Source of the DNA: the human T2T-CHM13v2.0 reference genome, Homo sapiens | Length of the DNA: 64,000 nt | Assembly (NCBI RefSeq): GCF_009914755.1 | Contig: NC_060930.1 | Direction: 5' to 3' (one strand) | Shown here: positions 53,746-64,000 of the stretch, piece after piece | How the letters are laid out: every line of letters begins with the position of its first letter | Position numbering within the stretch: position 1 is the stretch's first letter | The notes under the pieces: model-generated | What the model was told of the DNA's origin: nothing | Databases searched by the model: none | Seen by the model: only the letters and a program-made list of their open reading frames with translations | Made by a program: the position numbers and the translations under genes

Positions 53746-54051
53746 TATTCTTATTTATTTATTTTTTGGGATATGGAATTTTGCTCTTGTTGCCCAGGCT
53801 GGAGTGCAATGGCACAATCTTGGCTTACTGCAACCTCCGCCTCTGGGGTTCAAGTGACTCCTTCCTCAGCCTCCTGAGTAGCTGGGAATTACAGGCACCC
53901 ACCACCAAACCTGGCTAATTTTTGTATTTTTAGTAGAGACAGGGTTTCACTATGTTGACCAGGCTGGTCTCGAATTCCTGACCTCAGGTGATCTGCCCAC
54001 CTTGGCCTCTCAAACTGTTGGGATTACAGGGGTGAGCCACCCCACCCAGAC
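53746..54051 (-). mobile_element. Alu (AluSq/Sp-like)
   Basis: TSD ctgtaatttatt (53734-53745, 54052-54063). Confidence 0.96.
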
Positions 54052-54550
54052 CTGTAATTTATTGTTAAAATTAACTTTTTTGAATAAAACAACCATATTG
54101 AATTGCATAAGTATCTTGATCAAGTTAATTTGAACTGGCAACTGTATTCGAGATTTTACTGCCAAGCCTGGTCAACCTAGCTGAGCAGCTCCTATACCTA
54201 CTGATACCTACCTAAGGCTTTTTCCCTTCAGTGTATGCATTGCTTTACTTAGTTTCAAACTTACTTTTTTTAAATATTAGATAGAAGGTGAGAGAGGAAT
54301 GTTTTCTTACTGCATGCTGTGGCATATCCATATAAACCAACACACAGTCATATGCTGTTATGCTTCACGTGAATCTTTGTAACAATTCCATTAATTGTGT
54401 TTGCTTGTTTGTACATGGATGATATGGAAAGCTTGTCCATATTACGTATCTGAGCAACTTCACATTTTATTTTTTATATTTGCAATTGTAAAAATATTAC
54501 AGCTAATGTAAAATATGTTAAAATATGGAAATATATTGAGGAAGAACTGA

Positions 54551-54916
<366 letters not shown>

Positions 54917-54954
54917 TGTGTGTAGCTTTCAATCCTTTTAATCTATTTAAAAAA

Positions 54955-55050
54955 AATTTTCCATCCATTTTACAGATGTAGAAACTGAGGCATAAAGAGA
55001 TTAAGTAACTTGCCCCAAACCACACACTTAGTAAGTCATGGAACTCATAA
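54955..55050 (-). mobile_element. MIR
   Basis: 'ccattttacagatgtagaaactgaggcataaagagattaagtaacttgccc'. Confidence 0.85.
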
Positions 55051-55080
55051 TTAAACAGAAACAGCTCATAAAAAAACAGG

Positions 55081-55382
55081 TTTTTGTTTGTTTTTGAGAT
55101 GGAGTCTCTCTCTGTCACTCAGGCTGGAGTGCAGTGGTGCGATTCTCTGCTCACTGCAACCTCCACCTCCCGGGTTCAAGCAATTCTCCTGCCTCTGCCT
55201 CCTCTTCTTGAGTAGCTGGGATTACAGGTGCATGCCACCATGCCCGACTAATTTTTGTATTTTCAGTAGAGACAAGGTTTCACCATGTTGGTCAGACTGG
55301 TCTGGAACTCCTGACCTCGTGATCCGCCCCCCTCAGCCTCCCAAAGTGCTGAGATTACAGGTGTGAGCCACCGCGCCTGGCC
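55081..55382 (-). mobile_element. Alu (AluSg-like)
   Basis: Full length, ends ccgcgcctggcc. Confidence 0.96.
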
Positions 55383-55689
55383 TAAAAAGTTGTTTTTGAC
55401 CAACTGTTTCATACTTTCTGTCTGTCTCATATTTAAAATCTTACAAATATATTTTAATGTAAGTGTATTATACTATCTGTAAAGTTCTATGGCATGATGT
55501 TTATGCTTAACATATTTTGTATATAAATAAAATAGCCTATTTTTGTTGTTTCCCATATTAAAATGTTATTCCAAAATAAGCATCCACAATATATAATTTC
55601 ACCATATAAAAATTAACAAGCATATAAGCTGTTAACACTTTTGTCTTAACTGAAAAGCTTTCAAGCGAATATCTTTGTACAAACATCTT

Positions 55690-56150
55690 TTATTACCTTT
55701 TATTTGACTTTCTGGAGGAATTAGTACATCCGAGATTATTTTACCAATTTTTCACCAATGCTTAATATTATCAATCATTTCTAACATTTTGTAAAGCTAA
55801 TTTGTAAAAATAAAAATGGGATTGTAATTTTTCTTTTACTTGTCTTTTCTTGATAATATTTGAGAATATTATTCATTAATGTACAAAGGCATTATTTGAG
55901 TTTTCCTTTTCTTGAATTATTTGTATGTGTGTTTTTCTTCTTTATATTAGTTCAACTATTTCTTAAAATTTTTTAGAGAAACTCCTTATCTTTTCTACTA
56001 ATCCTTGGTCTGTTGTGTACCAACACATGCACACTATAAATATGATTTTCCCACCTAATGTCTCTTACTACTTTATTCATGATTTTCGTGTTTACTTTTA
56101 ATGTTCTTGTGCACTTAAATTTGTCAGTCATTTCTTTATGTTTGGTTGCA
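55690..56150 (-). mobile_element. L1ME fragment
   Basis: T-rich antisense ORF2-like sequence. Confidence 0.45.
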
Positions 56151-56189
56151 TATATTCCCATTATCATAAGGGAAATATCAAAAACCCTT

Positions 56190-56650
56190 CATGGAGGTGG
56201 TAACAGCGTAATTTAGTTTATATACATAAATATAATTTATTCACACCAAATGGTGTTCAAGAGGATGATTCTGGATATAACTCACTAATATTTAAGCAAA
56301 GAAACAGAGATGAAAAGTCTCATAATGTGTTCAGGAAAAATATTAACGATTTGGTGTGCTGGAACTTAAAATGTAAGGTAGGCAGTGGCAACAGATGGGG
56401 TTGAAAATGATACTGAAGGAATTATGTGTTATAATAAGGCACTTGGAAATGTACTTTACAGCAATGAGGAGCCGTGTGTGGGGATGTGGAAAGGTCAGAT
56501 TTGCATTTAATGGAAGACCTTGGCAACTGTCAGAAGGATGAATTTGAGAAAGTCATATTGAAGATAAGGTGGTGACCTAAGGAACTGTAGTCATAGCCAG
56601 ATGATGTTCACTCAAAACTAAGGTGCCAGTAGTTGGAAACTGGAAGTGGA
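56190..56650 (-). mobile_element. L2 fragment
   Basis: 'gcaatgaggagcc', 'ggtcagatttgcattt...gaagacc'. Confidence 0.55.
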
Positions 56651-56994
56651 AGAAATAAGGTTCTCTGTATCTAGAACTAAAAAACTACTAAATAAAAAAA
56701 AATAATAAAAAAATAGTTCTTTTTTGTTTTAACCTTCTGGTCTAACTAAAATTATAATTCCCGAAGGTCTTTAGGTTCCTGTTGATTTTGATGATATATT
56801 CAGGACTCAAAAAATTCCTCCATGTTCAACAATATATCACAGAAAGCTCAAATCACTGTGATATTTTCAGTTGACGGTGTTTGGAAATATGTTACCTCCA
56901 TTGGTAATATTTCGTAATGTTGCACATAAGATTTGTCTTTGATTTATAAACAGATGCATATAAATTCATGATTTTTCCTTAATCATTAGTAAAA

Positions 56995-57185
56995 GGGAAA
57001 CTAGCATTTTCTGAAGCTCTACTATGTAACTCTACTACTTATTTTATATAGATTGTCTTTAATATGAAGACAACTCTATGTGAAAGGTGATATAACTATT
57101 TGACACGTAAGAAACAAAGTTTCAGAAAAGTGAGTAAATTTCTAATGGAAAACAAAAGATACTGGATTTTAATCTAGATCTTCAG
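56995..57185 (-). mobile_element. MIR
   Basis: 'acaactctatgtgaaagg...gtaagaaacaaagtttcagaaaagtgagtaa'. Confidence 0.55.
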
Positions 57186-58148
57186 TTTTAAAATAAATTG
57201 TTTGGCCTAATCAATAAAGCTTACATACCTAAAATTTAAAATTTTATCTTGACCACCTTAATACAATAATACTTAGTACTAAAAATAGCAGTCAAAATTA
57301 TTTCCAATTACATAAACTCATTTTAGGGTCACAAATCTGAAAAAGAGGAAAATTTACTTTCAAAAAGATATTTCTAATTTTCTAACATTTTGGCCATTTG
57401 AGAACTTAAATAATGTTAGCCTCTTGTTTCAAATTCGACCACGTAAATCATAAGTTGAACCCCCATTATCTTATCATTTATCTCCAGAGCACACACAAAT
57501 AAATAAAAATCTTAAATTAATTTTTTAAATTCAGTAACATCATTTTTTATATCAAAGCACTTAGGATTTGGAAGTAAATTATATTTTATCATAAAAGTGT
57601 GAGAGATGACTTTTCTACTTTATCCTTAAGTTGATTTTCTTGGTGTGTTTATACATGTCCTCTGGAATATATACATAAAACAAATACAAGCATCTCATTG
57701 AGTGGTAATTTTTACTAACATTAATAAGTTAATTCTTTTAGAGGGAAATTTCCACTATAAATTTAATATGTCTTAGGTTCAAAATATTAATACTTTAAAT
57801 TAATTTCATGACTTACAGCATTAAAAAACTATATATGAGTACTCAAGATCATTGCTGACATATTCCCTCCCCTACTGAACCTACTCTGCTATGTTTGGCA
57901 GTCTGTGTCAGACCCTAGTTTGATTGGCAGAGTATCCATTTTTTTCCTTGTCATGAGGTTTCTCTACTTTAATCAGTCTTCAAATTAAATAGATTTTATT
58001 GCACCTGGAAATAAATAACAGCATGTAGCAGTTTTGTCTTAAAATAGATCATACCTAAGCTATGAAACAGAAGCATGCTTTAGAGCCTAATATCTTCTGT
58101 TGTGATTGGTGGAATTTATCTAAATGTCTTAATTTGCATGAAATATGC

Positions 58149-58201
<53 letters not shown>

Positions 58202-58205
58202 ACAC
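58149..58205. repeat. (TA)n(CA)n compound microsatellite
   Basis: Direct reading. Confidence 0.95.
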
Positions 58206-60869
58206 AGTATAATTAAGCAGTTTTAAAACCAATTTTAGCTCTGTTTGAATGATATTAATAGATCATTGCTTTATCTTGCAGGGGTTCGGTTTTACATACA
58301 TGAAATATTTTTCCATATCAATGGGGCTAGATTGATATTGCATTTTTTATTTAAAGAATCAAAACACTTTATGTACTATATAGCCTTTCAGAAAATTTTC
58401 TCTTAATCCCTATTTTTTCTTAAAGTATTTTTAAATGAACCTCTAATGAAAATCTTATAAGAATATGAATTAGGTGAAGGACAAATTAAAAATACAATTA
58501 ATTTTAAGACTAATAGCCATTCATGTTTAAAATACTGCTACCAGACTCTTTAATTTGTTGATTTTCTTCTGATTTATTTATTTAGCATGTTTTAAATGTT
58601 TATTTCATATAGTATTTGGTAAGTATTTAATGATGCAAATAATGATGTGAATATGAAGTACAGCAAAGCACTCGCATACTTTAAGTGGTCAAAGAACAAT
58701 GCAAATCACATTAGACCTTTTCTGTAATCACTTTTTGTCCAGACACAGAATGCATTATAGGAGAAAACATGGAAGAAGATTGATTGATGTCATCACCATT
58801 ACCATCCAGTTCCAAAAAGGATAGCTGATTTGTTTGTTGAAAACAACTTGAATTCTTCTCTCATTTCAGTTGGAAAAGGGTCAGGTTATTCACTGAAACC
58901 TGTTCTTTGGTGTCAGCAAATAGAATTGTAAATGACTTTGACAAAACAACTTAAGTGACATGGAAGAAATGTTATCAGATTGCTCCCAGTCAAGGGGAGG
59001 TTTGAGAAATACGGAAAGGAAAAAACAAACAAACAAACACACAACAACAACAAAAACAAGACAGGTAATATGCAAAAGTGGCTTCTTAAGAATGGCAAGA
59101 CATTTAAGCTTTGTATTTAGCTAGAGAGATGTAAAACTTTTTTAACATGAAAAATTGTGAGCACATTTATAAGCAGAAGGTTAGGAGTAATTGGTGACAA
59201 AGATGTTTTAGATCAATCAGAAAAAAAGAATCATCAGCTAGAGCAAAGTTCCTGATTATATAAACTGAAGTAGGAGTCATAGCATTGGGAGATGAATTAA
59301 CCTTCGACATGGAGAGAGGGATTCCTCTTTCAATTTTATAACAAGAATATATTAGTCATCTATTTTTACATGTCTAAATCAGGAGACAGGAACAGCTGAG
59401 GAAATAGAAAGTCAAGATGGTGGGACTCTCCACTGTACAGATGAGAATTTCTTAAAATAAATACTGTTTTCATTCTTTAAGATGAGATTAATTACGTCAT
59501 ACCTAAACTATGCTACCAGGACTTAAAGAGTAAAATCTCCCAATATTTTATGGTTTAAGTTTATGACCTCTTCACACCTTCAATGAACACTTTATATTTT
59601 CTTTTGACTCAGCCCAAATGTTATCAAATCAGAATGGGAAAATGAGTTATTCACTGACACATGAAATGGAGAGAAATTTTTCTTATATATTTTTTGAAAG
59701 TATTTTCCTAATACATGTGTTATAAAATTTTATTCTTGACGTCTTTCTTTTTTTTCTTTGAAATTAAGTAAACTTTCCTTGAGATGAGTGACCTTTTTTC
59801 TTCAAGAACTCATTTTTGCTCACTGTGAAAAAACCCCAATCTCCCCCCAGAGTGAGTATGGTTTCTGTTGTTAATGGAATCTCAGCATATGTAATCTATT
59901 TTCAGGTTCTAAAAACATTTGTTTATCCTTATTTAAGTTTGTTACTTATTTATTTTCAGACATTATTTGAAGTGTTTGGTGTGTATGGTTGTATTACTCA
60001 CTTGAAGAAACTTAATAAAAAAGCAACATTTTAAGAGCTGATTTAGTGCCAGTTTTGTGATATGAGGAAATGTATAGCTCAGACCAATTTCTTTGTGTTT
60101 ATTTTGGAGGTAATTAGAGAAGTTTTAAGAATATTTTCCTGTAGCAAATTTTATTTCACCCATTTTGGTTACTTACCAGCACTTGCTATGTCTGATAAGA
60201 ATGATTTCAGTATGGGAATAAATAATAGAGCAACCCAAATATACTCCCTATGCAATCATATTAGAATTTGCTGCTGACACCATGTAAATTTACATTCAGT
60301 CTTTCTTCTCTTCTTGGGACAGAGCAACAAGAGATTGGTACAATGGCTGTGTCTATACAACGACATAACATCTTGTGATTTCCATCCATTAAATCCAGTC
60401 ATCTAGATGATTTAACATAAACACTAAGCATTTGAATTGTTTGATTTTTAAAAATACCACAGACAACCAGACAAACTACTTTTTTTCATCTTAAAGGCAT
60501 TCAGAACAATATGCAGATGAGAGTGATTAGCAAATTGTGTTTTATGATAAAAATTCAAATAATTTTTGCTTGTTAAAGCAAAGTGTGTGTGTGTATTTTT
60601 AACATTAAATGAAAATGACACAAATATAATGATCAAACTAAAAATTGAAAAATACAACAGTTAATACCAATATTAGCATATTACTCTATAAAGCTGAAAT
60701 ACACAAATTTCTACATACATAGTTTATTTTGATTTAATTTAAGATTAATATAGAGCAAGCACCTGCAAGACAATGACAACATCATCACCACCACAACCAA
60801 CCACAGCAGTTGTATCAGTAATAAAAAAGGTGAGTCCCTAGTGTGTGAGAATGCTTACTAGTAAGCTAT

Positions 60870-61085
60870 GAATTGAGACTTTGGAATCAGGAAGACCTCC
60901 TTCCAATCCAAGCTCTTCCGGCTATGAGATTTTAAGGATGTAGCAATCCTTTTGAGCCACATTAGAGAAACGGGGATAATGTAATTAACAACTTGAACTT
61001 TTGTAAAGACTAAATAATATGTGTGTGCTAAAGTTCTATTATAAAAAACTGTCTAGAGCATGGCAAGCTCCCTAATACCTGGCTA
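60870..61085 (+). mobile_element. MIR
   Basis: 'gactttggaatcaggaagacct...aatccaagctct'. Confidence 0.55.
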
Positions 61086-61689
61086 TTTTTTTTCTCTTTT
61101 CTGCTTCTTTCTAAATGCTTTGGTGTTGATGCTCCCCATCAGCCCTAACTGCAAAGAAAGAAATACAAATCTTGTTTGAGACAGTATGATTATCTTGCTG
61201 GAATTTTAGAGAAAGCAGATACTGTTTATCAGACGTAGAAGTAGGGCATCTTAAAAGTACAAGAAAAAATTATACTTGAGTTTTAGCCTGAGGCCATATT
61301 TCCATGTATCTCTTACTGATTAAAGAATATTTTAAAAAAATTATTTAGTTTTATTCATAAATTGATTCCTAAAGACTTTGAGATGGCTTGATATTGAGAG
61401 TTCAACATAAATGTCAGCCTTTCCAGTCCACCTAATCTGTGATTGTACCTTCTGACCCTGATACATTATGAATTATAACTTCCTGCTTCATTTTATTCAT
61501 GGCAACTATTGCCATTCAAAATTGTCATATTTGTTCACTTATTTATTATCTTAGTGTCTATCTTTCCCATCTAGAATAAGATTGAGTAGCCTTGCCTGTT
61601 TTTAATAAATCTATTATATGGTGATAATAATTTTTGAATAAACTAGCAGATGACAAATGTTAGCAAGTTTTTGAAAGCAGATGATAAAT

Positions 61690-61900
61690 GCTAATATTTA
61701 TTGGGCACTTAATATGTACCTATAACCATTTCAAGCATTCTATATGTATTAACTTATTCATTCCTCACAATTACGCTCATGAGGTGAATACTATTGTTAC
61801 CCACACTTTACAGAGGATTGAAGAAAGAGTAGGCGGCTTGCCAAATGTCCCAAAAATGGTAAATGTAGATTAAAATGGAAACCCAGCTGCCTTTGGGGCC
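61690..61900 (-). mobile_element. MIR
   Basis: 'atttattgggcactt...cctcacaat...cccacactttacagagga'. Confidence 0.7.
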
Positions 61901-62299
61901 CGTGGACTCCAGTGCTGTGGTATGCTGTGATAATTTTGTTTCTCCTGCCACAGGCACATTTTCTATGTGCTATAAATATCCACTTGTAAGACAGTGTTAA
62001 TCTAAAACTGCTCTGTATTTTAACATTTAAGAAATGACATCTTATCCCAAGAAATTTTCACCATTAAAAAATGGAAAAAATTGTCATTTAGTAGTAAAAT
62101 TTCTGAGAATAATATTTGATAAAGCAAGTTGTGGTTTACTTTACCAATATTTGTTCAAGTTTAATAGATGCTAAAATGCTGAGATCAGTTTCCATTGTTA
62201 TAACACTGAGATGGGGTATGTTCAATAAAATTTTTAGAATATTATTGGAAAAAGATAGATTTGATGACAACTATGAGCTCTAATTTCAGCTCTGATATT

Positions 62300-62470
62300 T
62301 ATAAACCTTATGGATTTATATGAGTAACAATCATTCTGAGTCCCTCTGAACCTTATTTCTTTTACCTTTAAAAAGGTTATAATGGTGTCTGACTTGTGAA
62401 GATCAAATAAGGAACATGCAAAATGCCTAGCACAATGCCTGGTGCATAATAGACATTCAGTAAAGATTAG
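62300..62470 (+). mobile_element. MIR
   Basis: 'ctctgaacct...ttgtgaagatcaaataag...cctagcacaatgcctgg'. Confidence 0.65.
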
Positions 62471-62559
62471 ATGCTGTAGCTTTCCTTAGATTCTATTTAT
62501 CAGGAAAAAGTAAATGGGTTAAACTCTTCATTATATACAGCTCATTCCATTCTTTTAGT

Positions 62560-63830
62560 ATATTCAGTCAATCAATAATTGAGCTGTTCCATAAATAAGA
62601 CAAACTACTTGTGTTGATAATATGGAACAAAATAGACATTATTTTTGTCTTCATGGAGATTATATTCTAGCAGGGAGAAAAGACATTTAACAACTAATCA
62701 TGAAGGTAAATATATTACATAATGTGATGAAATTTGAAGGAAAAACTAGTTACAGTGATAAAAATGTGCTGGGAAATTAGAATATCTCTATTGAGGTACA
62801 GCATGCAGTTGGTGATTGAATTTGTTTAAAGAATGTAGTGTGTCAGGCTTATCAGGACTCAGCAACAGGGTGGCCAATACTTCTAACTTTCAGGCTTACG
62901 AAACAACGATTTGATATCTATCTGAATTACTGGTAAACATCTCAAAATTAACATGATAATTTTTTCTTTTCCTTATTTATACTCTCCTTTTAATCTTTCA
63001 ATAAATGACTCCTTCATCTACCCAGTTATTTATGAAGTAAGCTAGGAAGGAACACTTTTGATACTGCCCTACCCCAGCCTCCACATCTTATCTTTTACCA
63101 AATCCCAAAGACTGTCTCCAGTGCATATTTCTGATAGGTTCTGGGACTGGAGATCTAGGCTGTGGCAAAATTATACAGATCAAGCCCTATATTCCATGCT
63201 AAGTATTTGAACTCTATTTAAAAGGAGATATGAAGCCACTTAAGTTTTTGCAAGCAAAGTAGTTCAGATTTAATTTAGATTTTCAAGATATTACTTTGCC
63301 TACTATGTAAATAATGGATTGGAAGAGGTAAAAAATAGACTGGAGGATACTGAAGACTGGAGGATAAGAAGACTGGTTGGAGGATATTGTAATAGTCCAG
63401 TGGAAGAGACTATTGTGGCTTAGGTTAAGGGAGCAGCAGTCTTGAGGGAGCAATGTTATCTATTAAAAATATACATTGGAGACAATCTCTGGGGCTTGGT
63501 AAATATTACATGGGGAGGTTAGCGATAGGGAAGTGTTAAAAGCACCCCTTTTAGCCTCCTGCATAAATAACTGGGTAGGTAAACACATTACTTATTGAAA
63601 GATTAAAGAGAGAGTGTAACTATGGAAAAGAAAAAAATAGCATGTTAATTTTGAGATGTTTAAGAGTAATTCAGACGGATATCAAACACTCCTTGTTTTG
63701 TAAAGCTCAATGTTAGAAAGAGTGGCCTGAGCTGGAAATAAAATTTTGGAAAACATGAACTTATCTGTAGGAAGCAGTTAAAGTCATGGGAGTGATGAGA
63801 CCATCAGGAACATAATATAAACTGAAAAAT
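62560..63830 (-). mobile_element. L2 containing an internal inverted duplication
   Basis: Antisense L2 motifs 'tcttcatggagattatattctag', 'gaagccact', 'gtaatagtccag'; 62872-63139 is in the opposite orientation. Confidence 0.7.
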
Positions 63831-63835
63831 GACAT

Positions 63836-64000
63836 TGTCATGGACCTGAGTCTTGCCTTTGGATTTTACAGAAGATAACTCTGAGACAAGGATTTAAGTG
63901 CATGTAGTTTATTTGGGAAGAGCTGAGAACACTGTCAGGGGAGGGAGAAATAAGACAGGGAAGATAAAGCAGCCAATAAAAAGTGGATTATTTAAACTAG
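63836..64000 (-). mobile_element. ERVL LTR (LTR40/LTR67-like), runs off the window
   Basis: 'ctctgagacaaggatttaagtgcatgtagtttatttggga...agacagggaag...agccaataaa'. Confidence 0.6.

Overview
AT-rich primate (human-like) intergenic or deep-intronic DNA. I find no credible protein-coding gene, RNA gene or CRISPR array. Roughly half or more of the window is recognisable transposon fossil: 12 Alu copies or fragments, several L1s (L1PA, L1PB, L1M), L2, MIR and CR1 fragments, MaLR/ERVL/ERV1 LTRs, a decayed ERV-L pol segment, a two-LTR MLT1 provirus, DNA transposons (Charlie, MER5, MER44, MER63) and microsatellites. The supplied ORFs are L1, Alu or microsatellite read-throughs, or chance ORFs. I see no novel multi-gene system. 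The most interesting signals are structural: (i) a ~270-bp-arm inverted duplication inside an L2 (62872-63727); (ii) a 173-bp copy of a neighbouring L1 segment inserted into a (TA)n array (17184-17356); (iii) short locally templated inverted insertions (6740-6760, 45306-45457); (iv) three 5'-inverted L1s; (v) a recursive-splice-like AG|GTAAGT site and a POU/NFI motif cluster in unique sequence. Subfamily names come from recalled consensus sequences, and boundaries of old repeats are approximate.
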